The position numbers and the translations under genes are program-made. The notes below the pieces were generated by a model, which searched no databases, had not been told where the DNA came from, and saw only the letters and a list, made by a program, of their open reading frames with translations. A stretch of DNA of 64,000 bases from Spirochaetia bacterium (GTDB lineage Bacteria > Spirochaetota > Spirochaetia > SZUA-6 > Bin103), in the NCBI GenBank assembly GCA_965208575.1, contig CBDBOV010000004.1, positions 608,001-672,000 on the forward strand, given 5' to 3'. Each line of letters opens with the position of its first letter. Position 1 is the stretch's first letter. Of this stretch, positions 30,101 through 39,292 are shown one piece after another.

Positions 30101-30334
30101 TTTGCCGAGGTGCTGGCGGCCATGGCCGAGGCAATCGCCTCCGGCGCGTTCTTCTACCAGCCGGGCGAACGGCGCGTACATTGCCGGCTGTGCGACTACC
30201 ATGACGTGTGCCACACCCGCGTCGCCGATTACGCCAAGCGCAAGGCGGATGGAAGCACCGCGATCATGGCGCCGTTCCACACCATCGCGGCGCCGCCGCC
30301 GGGCACGGCTACCGGGCGGAGACGCCAGCCTTGA
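27143..30334 (+). CDS. addB: AddB-like ATP-dependent helicase/nuclease subunit B (PD-(D/E)xK nuclease, Fe-S Cys)
   Basis: CPYRFF, GRIDRID, IIDYKTG, LQLAVY and CRLCDYHDVC; coupled to addA. Start codon is uncertain. Confidence 0.85.
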   Translation: MLAVSADVARLEQAFVEQVGAAKRADPAAAVLVVVGSHLQHIYLRRLLARSLTAVANVRFVTLMDLAGELALTSEADRPTGEHSALPLPDGAHVPLLEHVVAERRSRAGGDRAHGLADAGMVHSVAATIRDLREGAIDPPLVASASQRPWLRTLAGMVRDYQAALEPFADATARVAQAAAATPAQVAAAVQHAAPGAREVLVYGIYDANALQFGMLDALSRALPTRLFLPWHTSTEPFAFAAETVDRLRERGLRLHTLDADTSARKRHATRAVFSCADRQAETEETVRRVLEDLAGGVPAAEIAILHRMDPIYDELICGVLDRAAVPHYRSAGQPVRRTVVGRAALILLQLLYAEPHRGTLLELLSLPGLDLSWIETAAEDAALTPRPARWEALSKELGLVKGWEEFDSVLAFHLEHGARGDADERAAESVAAARQLQSVVRCLAGAAELVPGADRWSTHADRFLDLLRRFMPPEADTPAWDALAHRIRALAVLDRAATLSGTVAATPERFRQAAETAIRQAIVSGGYFQRSGVFVGNVMSARLVRFRRVYVTGCAERTFPPVIRQDPLLLDAERDQINRRAAHGSYLPLKGRRLDEERLLFELACQAATERLTLSYPRRGTSSTNVRLPSSFLLEEVGDLAGGFLSAETLERSAGLWYQRMPARVGFDGNGVKGALRALDDSDLRWHVLEQGGKDAVPAIEQIWPAIDAARAHQAARRTRNFGAFDGIVPAELVAANGILDRDLTATALENFAVCPYRFFLSRVLQVRSRGEPEQTLEIAPLQRGNLVHAILDELVQQFLAGDAPWAQFIAGADEALREIMERRFAELPAGVTGLPLSWNLIRDQVTQELAAYVDEERSRAARTRPGSARDAGGGWQPVAAERVFTGVPIAAGRRGLSFSGRIDRIDRSRGALRIIDYKTGAAARETADGYREGRSLQLAVYLHAAAHLYRSSLDSGSAELHYVSERAAYRRLALAGAQLAADPRFAEVLAAMAEAIASGAFFYQPGERRVHCRLCDYHDVCHTRVADYAKRKADGSTAIMAPFHTIAAPPPGTATGRRRQP

Positions 30335-33300
30335 TGCCGCAGTCACAAGACCGGGTCGCGGACCCGTCACCGGCGCCGCCCAATCCCGGAAGCGCCGCCG
30401 GCGACGCACCGGGGCAACCGGTAGACCACGAAATCCGAACCGCCGCCACCGGCGACCTGAATACCAGCTTCTTCCTGGAAGCGGGCGCCGGTACCGGCAA
30501 GACACGCATTCTGGTCGACCGCGTGGTCGAGATCGTGCGCCGCGGGGCGGCCGAAATTCGGCAGGTGGTGGTGATCACGTTCACCGAAAAGGCGGCCGGC
30601 GAACTGCGCGCGCGAATCCGGGACAGTCTGCACGGTGAGATCGAACATGCCGCCGAGCCGCACCGCTCCCGCTGTCGTGCCGCTCTGCGTGACCTTGTGA
30701 GCGCTCACATTGAAACCATCCATGCCTTCGCATCCAGTCTGTTGCGCGAGTTTCCGCTCGAGGCGGGCGTCAATCCCGGATTTCAGCAGCTCGACGAGGT
30801 GGCCAGCCGGGTCGACTTCCAGGAGCAGTGGGACGACTGGATCTGGAACGTCGAAGGGCCCCGCCTTGCCGCCGTGGAGTACTGCTTACGCCTGGGCATG
30901 TCGCTCGACACCGTCCACGAGGTGGCCGGCATCCTGGACCGCCACCGCGAGCTGCGGCTGTCCGGCGCGGCCACGCACAGCCCGGACGCGGTCCGATTCC
31001 TGCAGCGCATGCGGGATCTGCGCGCCGCGGGCGATCGCCTGGCCGAGGCCTGCACCGGGGACCACGACCGCGGCCTCGCCAGTTTCCGCAAGTTGCGCGA
31101 TCAATTGATTGCGGTGGAACAACTTGCCCGTGCCGTACCAGGGCCTCGCCGGAACGTCCTCATCGAGGCGGCGCTGCATGCCGTGTGGTTTCGGCCGGCG
31201 CAGGGGAACCGCCGCAACTGGCGCTCGGAGCAGGCGCTGGAGGAGATGCGCGCGCTGCAGCGCGAGGCCCACGACCAACTCGTGCGCTTCCATGCCCGGC
31301 TCAACGACGGCGCCCTGCACCGCCTCGCCGGTGCGCTGACCGTGTTCGTCAGCAACGCGGCGTCCGAACGGCGGCGTGCCGGCAAGCTCAACTTCGACGA
31401 CCTGTTGATCGAGGCGCGGGCCCTGGTCGCCGGCAACGCTGCCGTGCGCACTGCGCTGCGCGACCGGTACCGCTTTCTCCTGGTCGACGAATTCCAGGAC
31501 ACCGACCCGCTGCAGGCCGAGATGGTGTTTCTGCTCGCCGCCGACGAACCACCTGCGCCGTCCGCGAGCCCCCGCCCCTCCTGGCAGGAAGTGGTGCTGC
31601 TGCCGGGCAAGCTGTTCATCGTGGGCGATCCGAAGCAGTCGATCTACCGCTTTCGGCGTGCCGACATCGACACCTACCTGCGCGCCAAGGAAGTGTTTCG
31701 CCGCCAGCCGGACGGGCAGGCGCGGATCGCGACGGTGTCGCAGAACTTCCGCTCGGTGCCGGAGATCACCGACTGGGTGAACGCCACGTTCGCCGCCGTG
31801 CTGGGGCCCAACGCACGGTTTCCGGGCGCCCAACCGGCCTACCGGCCCATTCACGCCTACCGCGACGCCGCGGGGCACGCGCGGGTCACGCTGATGTACC
31901 CCGCAACCGACCTGCATGACACCAAGCTCGCCGAACTGCGCCGTGCCGAGGCCGCCGCGGTGACGCGCCTGATCGCGGACCTGGTCGGCAACCCGCGTTG
32001 GCAGATCGGCGCGGAGGACGGCGCGGTCGGCGGGCGCGCCATCGCCCTGCGCGACATCTGCATCCTGGTGGAGACCCGCACCGCGGTGGAGGTATACACC
32101 GAGGCGCTGGCCGGCCACGGCGTGCCCCACATCGTCGACGGTGGGCGCGACTTCTTTCAGCACCAGGAGGTCAACGACGTGGCCTCGATCCTGCGCGCGG
32201 TCGACGACCCAAGCGACCAGGTTTCGCTGGTGGCCGCGTTGAAGTCGGCGGCATTCGGCTGCTCCGACGTCGACCTGCTGCAACACCGCCTCGCGGGCGG
32301 CCGCTTCAGTCTGCTGGGCCGGATGTTTCCTGACACCCCCGTGGGGCGGGGCCTGCGCCGACTGGCAGAGCTGTATGAGACCAAGAACCGGGTGACGCTG
32401 CCGTCTCTGGTCGATCGCGCGATCCGCGACAATTTCCTGGCCGAACCGCTGTTGATCACCAGCCGCGACCGGCAACGCGTCGCCAACCTTCGCGCCATCG
32501 TCGACCGGGCCGCGGAATTCGCGGTGGGAGAGACGGATGCGCTGCGTCCGTTCGTTCGCTGGCTCACCGCCCGCCAAGGCGACCCAGGCGGAGACCGGGA
32601 TCTGCACCTGGCGGAGACCGATGACGACGTGGTACGCGTCATGACCGTACACGGCGCCAAGGGGCTGGAGTTCCCGGTGGTGATCCTGGCCAAGCTCAGC
32701 GCCGGTATCAACCATGGTGCCGCCCGCTCGGTAGTGGACCGCGACCGCGGCATGCTGGAGTTCGCGGTCGGTAAACGCGACAACCGATTCAGTACGCCGG
32801 GGTTCGCGCCCGCCGCCGCCCGCGAGCAGGCCTATGCCCACGCCGAGCAGGCGCGCCTGCTGTACGTGGCCGCTACCCGCGCCCGCGACCTGCTGGTGGT
32901 GTCGGTGTTCCGGTCGGAGGAAAACCCCGGCATGTTCGGGCATCTGCCCGATCTGCCCTCCTGGGTGTCGGTGTTCGACGGCGGCTTGCGCAATGCGCCG
33001 GCGGGGGCGCGAGCAATCCTCGACGCCGACCTGCCGGAACCGCGGCGACCTGCGCAGCCGGCGCCGGCCCGCTTTCCCGGCGACCTCGCCAACCAATGGC
33101 GGCGGCGCCAAACGCGCCGCACCGCGTACCTGGAGCAGGGGCCGCGGTATACCACCCCGTCGCTGCTGGCCGCCGAGGCGCACAAGGAACCGCGTGAAAC
33201 CGAGCCACCCGACCGCAGTGCGCCAGAGCAGGACCTGGACCGTTTCGGGGATGCCGACCGAGCACTCGGTACGGCAGATGGCGCGGCCGGCGTGGCGTTT

Positions 33301-33792
33301 GTCGGTTCATCGGCGGGGTTGCGCCGCGGTTCGCTGGTGCACGAGGTTCTGTACCGCTGCGCGCTCGACGACACCGCCGATGCCGAGCAGTGGGCGAGGC
33401 GTCTCGCCGGCGAGCATGGCGTCCCGGAACTCGCCGCCGAGGTGGCGCGCCACACCGCAACGGTCATCACCAGCGCCGCCATGCGGCGCGTGCTGACCGC
33501 CCGCCGCGTCCTCCGCGAGCTGCCGGTGGCATGGTACGACGGCGTCGAAGACCGGGACGGCCGCTACGTGGAAGGGTTTGTGGACTTGGCGTTCGAGGAG
33601 GCCGACGGCTGGGTGCTGGCCGACTACAAGACCGACGCCCTGCCGGCGGACGGCGAAGGCGGTGTCCGCGTGCTGCAGGAGCGCTACCGGCCGCAGTTGG
33701 ACCAGTACCGCCGCGCCGTCGAGGCCACCGGCATGCGGGTAGCCGGGCACGGCCTGTGGCTCACGGCGACCGGGGACCTGCACCTCTGGTAA
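30334..33792 (+). CDS. addA: AddA-like UvrD helicase-nuclease subunit A
   Basis: AGAGTGKT, TFTEKAA, VDEFQDT, VGDPKQSIYRFR, MTVHGAKGLEF, LLYVAATRA and GFVDL...DYKT. Confidence 0.92.
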   Translation: MPQSQDRVADPSPAPPNPGSAAGDAPGQPVDHEIRTAATGDLNTSFFLEAGAGTGKTRILVDRVVEIVRRGAAEIRQVVVITFTEKAAGELRARIRDSLHGEIEHAAEPHRSRCRAALRDLVSAHIETIHAFASSLLREFPLEAGVNPGFQQLDEVASRVDFQEQWDDWIWNVEGPRLAAVEYCLRLGMSLDTVHEVAGILDRHRELRLSGAATHSPDAVRFLQRMRDLRAAGDRLAEACTGDHDRGLASFRKLRDQLIAVEQLARAVPGPRRNVLIEAALHAVWFRPAQGNRRNWRSEQALEEMRALQREAHDQLVRFHARLNDGALHRLAGALTVFVSNAASERRRAGKLNFDDLLIEARALVAGNAAVRTALRDRYRFLLVDEFQDTDPLQAEMVFLLAADEPPAPSASPRPSWQEVVLLPGKLFIVGDPKQSIYRFRRADIDTYLRAKEVFRRQPDGQARIATVSQNFRSVPEITDWVNATFAAVLGPNARFPGAQPAYRPIHAYRDAAGHARVTLMYPATDLHDTKLAELRRAEAAAVTRLIADLVGNPRWQIGAEDGAVGGRAIALRDICILVETRTAVEVYTEALAGHGVPHIVDGGRDFFQHQEVNDVASILRAVDDPSDQVSLVAALKSAAFGCSDVDLLQHRLAGGRFSLLGRMFPDTPVGRGLRRLAELYETKNRVTLPSLVDRAIRDNFLAEPLLITSRDRQRVANLRAIVDRAAEFAVGETDALRPFVRWLTARQGDPGGDRDLHLAETDDDVVRVMTVHGAKGLEFPVVILAKLSAGINHGAARSVVDRDRGMLEFAVGKRDNRFSTPGFAPAAAREQAYAHAEQARLLYVAATRARDLLVVSVFRSEENPGMFGHLPDLPSWVSVFDGGLRNAPAGARAILDADLPEPRRPAQPAPARFPGDLANQWRRRQTRRTAYLEQGPRYTTPSLLAAEAHKEPRETEPPDRSAPEQDLDRFGDADRALGTADGAAGVAFVGSSAGLRRGSLVHEVLYRCALDDTADAEQWARRLAGEHGVPELAAEVARHTATVITSAAMRRVLTARRVLRELPVAWYDGVEDRDGRYVEGFVDLAFEEADGWVLADYKTDALPADGEGGVRVLQERYRPQLDQYRRAVEATGMRVAGHGLWLTATGDLHLW

Positions 33793-33847
33793 GTAGAAGT
33801 AGCGGAGAGATGAAACCTATGGGGCGACTGTTATTGCCCACTCCAAT

Positions 33848-34627
33848 TCAAGCAACACGCTGCAGGATCTTCCGACTGAATGATTCGTGCGATGCCAGAG
33901 ACGAAATCATGTCACCGCCAACATCAGATAGTCTTGCGAGATCCAATCTCGGTATAGATGCCTGATCAGCAAATACGAGAAGCGACTCGAATTGCAGGTC
34001 ATTCCGGTGGAAGTAGGACAACATGATGGTCGTCAATCGTGCTTTGTCACGATTCGGAATACCATACAAGAAAAGAGGTGCTCCGCCCTTGCTGTCGACA
34101 CGGTAATCCACACGATAGGCTTGAGAATTGGGCACTTCCGGCTCGTAGTCTCGTAGAACCTTGGATTCATCTACCAAACTGAACAGGAGATCGGCTAAAT
34201 CAGCGTAAAACGTAGACGAAACGCTCGCACGCGAAAGCACCGTTAGGTCATATATTTTCGTCAATGCTTGACCGAATGTGAAGATGGCTTGAGAAAGTTT
34301 TTCGGGCGAGGTATCGACGCAGAATCCTCCGGAATCCCACTGGATCCCATTCTCATTCATGATTCGTTCCAGAAGCATTCCTCGGGTCCCTTCCATGAAT
34401 GAATCAATGTCGTGTTCATAGCTAACGTGCATCAGAGTGTGGCCACGGTCCGACAGACGAAGTCCACCGGATGGAGAAGTAGAGAGGTGGATTGGATAGT
34501 TGTCTCCGTCGGGAAACTTGAAGTGAGTGCGCAGCATCAAGTCGCCATCAGGACGTGTGTCGATTCCCACATCCACACACAATCGATCACATAGCAGCCG
34601 CTGAATCGATTCTACGTCGAACCTCAT
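33848..34627 (-). CDS. DUF1828-domain protein
   Basis: THFKFPDGD...LRLSDRGHTLMH pattern; lower-GC insert. Confidence 0.75.
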   Translation of the reverse strand: MRFDVESIQRLLCDRLCVDVGIDTRPDGDLMLRTHFKFPDGDNYPIHLSTSPSGGLRLSDRGHTLMHVSYEHDIDSFMEGTRGMLLERIMNENGIQWDSGGFCVDTSPEKLSQAIFTFGQALTKIYDLTVLSRASVSSTFYADLADLLFSLVDESKVLRDYEPEVPNSQAYRVDYRVDSKGGAPLFLYGIPNRDKARLTTIMLSYFHRNDLQFESLLVFADQASIPRLDLARLSDVGGDMISSLASHESFSRKILQRVA

Positions 34628-34864
34628 TCGAACATCTCCAACTGTTTGTCACGAGCGACCTCGACTCCACTCAGATTGAAGTCCTCAATGAGACAATCTA
34701 GTGCACCATCGAGATCACTGAATCGATCGCTTTCCTGTGCCTCGGACTCCGGCTTCTTTCCCTCGACTTGGGCTTTTCCGTCCAGCGCGCCCGTGGATTG
34801 GAAACAGCTTTGGCATCTCTTGCAGCGAAGCCAACTCGTCGTCCGTATATTGCTTAGCAGCCAC
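34624..34864 (-). pseudogene. Internally deleted partner gene upstream of the DUF1828 gene
   Basis: N-terminus MAAKQYTDDELASLQEMPK and C-terminus DRFSDLDGALDCLIEDFNLSG... lie in different frames. ATGA overlap with the DUF1828 gene. Confidence 0.5.
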
Positions 34865-35134
34865 AGACACTCGCCATCGGGAGACAGCTTCCGACGATAA
34901 CGAACCTGCATCGAGGCCAGTTACGGACACATGGTGGATGAAGGGTACAGCCGCCCGTCTCGATCCAGTAGGACACTGTTGTCATTCTGCTCATAGTATC
35001 GGCGGATTCGCATCAGGTGTACCCTAGGTTCTCGTGCCGTGTACCGTGATCTGTGTTGTCGGCACAACCGGCATACGGCCCCGCGCCAGGTGCTGACATG
35101 ACGGTGTCGCATCGAAACCGACACACACGGGGAT

Positions 35135-37252
35135 TTGCGCGAGCGCGTCCCTCGTGGTACGTATCGAGTCGTGTCCGCCCACCGCAACACGCTTTCCGTC
35201 AGCCGGGGCCGTCCGGTGCCGCTCGGCGCCACCGTTGTCGGCGACAGCACTCAGTTTGCCCTGTTCAGCCGCCACGCCACCGCGGTGACGCTGCTGCTGT
35301 ATGAGGACGCGGGCGCGGTTCGGCCGGCTGCCGAGGTTGTGCTCGACCGCGACCACCATCGCACCGGGGACATCTGGCACGCCGCGGTTGCGGGCGTGGG
35401 CGCCGGCTGGTGCTACCTGTACCGGGTCGACGGGCCGTTCGCACCGCGGCATGGCCATCGCTTTGACGCGCGGCGGTTGCTGTTCGACCCCTACGCCAAG
35501 GCGTTCACCGGCGCCGTGCCGGCGCGGCAACGGGCCGCCGAGCTTCCGGATGGCAGGCCGCGCTGCGTCGTGGTAGACACGGCCTTCGACTGGGGGGATG
35601 ACCGCCACCCGCGCCACCCGTTGCACCGCAGCCTGATCTACGAGGTGCACGTGCGCGGCTTTACCGCTCATCCGAGCGCCGGCGGCGCGCATCCCGGCAC
35701 CTTCCTCGGCCTGTGCGAACGGATCCCATACCTGCGTTCGCTAGGCGTGACCGCGGTCGAACTGCTGCCGGTGCACGAATCGGACGAGTATGCCGGCGGC
35801 GCGCCCGCGCACCCGGACGCCGCGCCGCTGGTCAACTACTGGGGCTACAACCCGATCGGCCTGTACGCCCCGAAGCGCCGCTACAGCGCGGAGGCCGAAC
35901 CCGGCGGGCAGGTGACCGAGTTCAAGCAGATGGTGCGGGAGTTGCATGCGGCCGGGATCGAGGTGATTTTGGACATGGTGTTCAACCACACCCCCGAAGG
36001 CGACGCGAGCGGCCCTACCCTCTCCTATCGCGGCCTGGACAACAGCACCTACTACCTGCTCGACCCCGGCGACCGCAGCCGCTACCTCGACTTCACCGGC
36101 TGCCGCAACACTTTGAACTGCAACCACCCGGTGGTGCGGCGGATGATCATCGACTGCCTGCACTACTGGGTGGTGGAGATGCACGTCGACGGGTTTCGTT
36201 TCGACCTGGCGTCGGTGCTCGGCCGCGACCGTTCCGGCAACCTGAGCGCCAACACGCCGATCCTGGAGCAGATCGGCGAGGATCCGGTGCTGCGCGACAC
36301 CAAGATCATCGCCGAGGCGTGGGACGCCGCCGGCGCCTACCAGGTGGGCAAGTTCCCGGGCGACCGGTGGGCGGAACTCAACGACCGCTTCCGCAACGAC
36401 GTGCGCCGCTTCTGGCGCGGCGACGGCACCGCCGCCGCCCTCGCTACCCGGCTTGCGGGCAGCGCCGACCTGTACCAGGGCAACGGCCGCCGCCCTGCGC
36501 ACAGCATCAACTTCATCACCTGCCACGACGGCTTTACCCTGCACGACCTGGTGAGCTACGCGGCCAAGCACAACGACGCCAACGGCGAACGCAACCGCGA
36601 CGGCAGCGACTACAACGTGAGCGCAAACTACGGCGTCGAGGGGCCCACCGACGATCCCGCGATCGCTGCGGTCCGGCTGCGCCAGAGCAAGAACCTGCTG
36701 GCCACGCTGCTGTTGTCGCTCGGCACGCCGCTGCTGCTCGGCGGCGACGAACTGGCGCGCACCCAGCGCGGCAACAACAACGCCTACTGCCACGACAACG
36801 AGTTGTCCTGGTTCGACTGGACCCCCACCGCGGCCGGCGACGAACTGAGCCGCTTCTGCCGGGCGCTGGCGACCCTGCGCGCCGCTCACCCGGCCTTGCA
36901 CCGCGACGCCTTCTACCCCGATCCGTCGCCGGGCGACGACGGCGTACGCTGGTACGCGGCCGGCGGCGGCGCACCCGACTGGGAACGGGAACAGTCCCGC
37001 CTGGCCGCCTGCCTGATGAACGCCGCCGGCGACTTGTACCTGATGTGCAACGCAACCACAGCCGCATGCTCGTTCGCCGTCCCCGCGGCACCGCACGGCG
37101 GCTCCTGGCGGCGGCTGATCGAGACCGCGCAGCCACCGCCGGACGACATATGCCCGCTCGACGAGGGCCGGTTGATCACTCCCCAGGAGTCCTATAATGC
37201 GGCCGCGCGTTCATTGGTGCTGCTGGCGGCGCCACCGAATGCCGGACGCTGA
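35135..37252 (+). CDS. glgX: Glycogen debranching enzyme (isoamylase, GH13_11)
   Basis: IYEVHVRGFT, NYWGYNP, DMVFNHT, DGFRFDLAS, IAEAWD, CHDGFTL and GNNNAYC. Start may be 35171. Confidence 0.95.
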   Translation: MRERVPRGTYRVVSAHRNTLSVSRGRPVPLGATVVGDSTQFALFSRHATAVTLLLYEDAGAVRPAAEVVLDRDHHRTGDIWHAAVAGVGAGWCYLYRVDGPFAPRHGHRFDARRLLFDPYAKAFTGAVPARQRAAELPDGRPRCVVVDTAFDWGDDRHPRHPLHRSLIYEVHVRGFTAHPSAGGAHPGTFLGLCERIPYLRSLGVTAVELLPVHESDEYAGGAPAHPDAAPLVNYWGYNPIGLYAPKRRYSAEAEPGGQVTEFKQMVRELHAAGIEVILDMVFNHTPEGDASGPTLSYRGLDNSTYYLLDPGDRSRYLDFTGCRNTLNCNHPVVRRMIIDCLHYWVVEMHVDGFRFDLASVLGRDRSGNLSANTPILEQIGEDPVLRDTKIIAEAWDAAGAYQVGKFPGDRWAELNDRFRNDVRRFWRGDGTAAALATRLAGSADLYQGNGRRPAHSINFITCHDGFTLHDLVSYAAKHNDANGERNRDGSDYNVSANYGVEGPTDDPAIAAVRLRQSKNLLATLLLSLGTPLLLGGDELARTQRGNNNAYCHDNELSWFDWTPTAAGDELSRFCRALATLRAAHPALHRDAFYPDPSPGDDGVRWYAAGGGAPDWEREQSRLAACLMNAAGDLYLMCNATTAACSFAVPAAPHGGSWRRLIETAQPPPDDICPLDEGRLITPQESYNAAARSLVLLAAPPNAGR

Positions 37253-37717
37253 TCCGGTTTGTCTGCCGTCCTGTTTCGCAGGTCAACGGCCAAGTAGTCC
37301 ACGGCAGCCTCCCGAATCGCAGCCAGGACCGCTTCCGGCGTGCACTGATCGCCCACTACATCGCTGGCGAGGCCCGGCAGGTGGCCTAGTACTACTTCCC
37401 GGTACTGGACATGGACGCCCGCGAAGTGTCGCTGGAGGAGGGCCCCGGCGGTGGCCCGTGCGCCATCTGGGTAGACCGCGATCGTAGCCCGACCGTAGAG
37501 ATTCAGCCCGCCGCCACCTGAGCTCAGCGCCCGACGTGCCGAGTTGCCGGCCGTTGGTTGACGACCGGCAGCGAAGTGTGTTACTCTTTTTCATGGATAT
37601 CCCATTAAGTTATCTAAATTCACCCGCTGTTCTCGTTTTTCACAGACTTAACCTCAGCGCTATCTGCCACGAAGGCACAAGAGTGGACGACTGAAGAAGA
37701 ACATCAAATCAGGAAAA

Positions 37718-39268
37718 TTGGCTCAACTGCATCGTTTTTCACAGTCGATTAGGGTTTTTCGCGAACAACGCTTACCGGTTACCGGCACTCCGGCGGGCTA
37801 CGCAGCGCTTATCGATGCATACGATCTGCGCGTGCCACTACCACGCACGTTGAGCGCCACCGGCGAGCGCCATCGGTTTCTGGCGCAGGCCGGCTGGCGG
37901 ATCTACTCGCCGCGGCACGTACCGCCGCCGAGTCTGGCAGGCCACCTGACCTTCGCACTGAAACACGAGGGACTGGATCTGGCCGTGCTCAAGCGGCTGT
38001 TCCTTGCCACCGGGCCCGCGCCGATCGAGGCGATCGTCAGAGCCGCTCCTACCGGCGCCTACGCTCGGCGCGTCTGGTTCCTGTACGAATGGCTCACCGG
38101 CAGGAGGCTCGACTTGCCGAACGCCGACCGCGGCGCCTACCCACCGGTCGTCCAGCCGAACCTACAGTACGCCGCAGCCGTTACGACTTCCTCGCGCCAT
38201 CGAGTAAAGAACAACCTGCCGGGGACACCCGAGTTCTGCCCCCTGGTGTTCCGCACCGAGCGCCTGGACCGCTTCATCCAACTGGACCTGCCCACCCGTG
38301 CACGAGAAGCCGTAGCCGCCGTGCCGCAGGATCTGATGGCGCGCGCCGCCGCGTTTCTGCTGCTCAAGGACTCCCAGGCAAGCTATGTCATTGAAGGTGA
38401 GCGCCCGCCGCAGGATCGCGTCCAGCGCTGGGGCCGCGCCATCGGTCAGGCGGGCAGGCAGCCGCTGGATCTCGACGAGCTACTGCGCCTACAGCAAATC
38501 GTGATTGGCGATGCCCGCTTCGTGCAACTCGGATTGCGGACCGAGGGAGGCTTCGTCGGCGAATGGGGTCGCGAGACCCAGCAGCCGATCCCGGACCACA
38601 TAAGCGCAAAGCCGGACGATCTGCCGGACCTCGTGAGTGGCCTGATCGCCTTCGATCGACAGGCGGCGCGCGAGCTCGATCCCGTTTTAGCTGCCGCTGC
38701 CCTCGCGTTCGGTTTCGTCTACATCCACCCCTTCGAGGATGGCAATGGCAGAGTGCACCGATACCTGATCCACCACGTCCTGGGCGAGCGAGGCTTCAAC
38801 CCTCCCGGCGTGATGTTTCCCGTCTCCGCAGCGATCCTGGACCGTATCCGCGACTACCGCACCACCCTGGAGGACTACTCGACGCGACTGCTGCCGGTGG
38901 TGGACTGGAAACCGACCGAACGGGGCAACGTCACCGTTCTGAACGCCACCGCCGACTTCTACCGGTTCTTCGACGCCACGCCGCACGCCGAGTTTCTGTA
39001 TGGGTGCGTGCAGCACACCATCGAGCACGACCTGCCGAATGAGGCCGAGTTCCTGAGACGGCACGCTACGTTCCGCACCGGGCTGAACCTGATCGTCGAC
39101 ATGCCGGAACCTCGGTCCAACCTCCTGCTGCGGTTCCTGCGCCAGAACGGCGGCAAGCTGTCCCGTCGCGGGAGGACGAGGGAATTCGCGCCGCTGACCG
39201 AGGACGAGGTCGCACAGGTAGAGGCGCTCTACCAGGAAACATTCGACGATGCCGATGACGTCAACTGA
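37718..39268 (+). CDS. Fic-family protein (long form)
   Basis: Intact HPFEDGNGRVHR Fic motif; TTG start. Confidence 0.9.
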   Translation: MAQLHRFSQSIRVFREQRLPVTGTPAGYAALIDAYDLRVPLPRTLSATGERHRFLAQAGWRIYSPRHVPPPSLAGHLTFALKHEGLDLAVLKRLFLATGPAPIEAIVRAAPTGAYARRVWFLYEWLTGRRLDLPNADRGAYPPVVQPNLQYAAAVTTSSRHRVKNNLPGTPEFCPLVFRTERLDRFIQLDLPTRAREAVAAVPQDLMARAAAFLLLKDSQASYVIEGERPPQDRVQRWGRAIGQAGRQPLDLDELLRLQQIVIGDARFVQLGLRTEGGFVGEWGRETQQPIPDHISAKPDDLPDLVSGLIAFDRQAARELDPVLAAAALAFGFVYIHPFEDGNGRVHRYLIHHVLGERGFNPPGVMFPVSAAILDRIRDYRTTLEDYSTRLLPVVDWKPTERGNVTVLNATADFYRFFDATPHAEFLYGCVQHTIEHDLPNEAEFLRRHATFRTGLNLIVDMPEPRSNLLLRFLRQNGGKLSRRGRTREFAPLTEDEVAQVEALYQETFDDADDVN

Positions 39269-39292
39269 GGATCGTTCCGTGCCGGTCGCTGC

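Noticed and set aside
26897-33183. Very long antisense ORFs opposite addAB (1202 aa and 765 aa) and similar ones elsewhere
   Set aside because: Expected shadows of high-GC codon bias, with no recognisable motifs.
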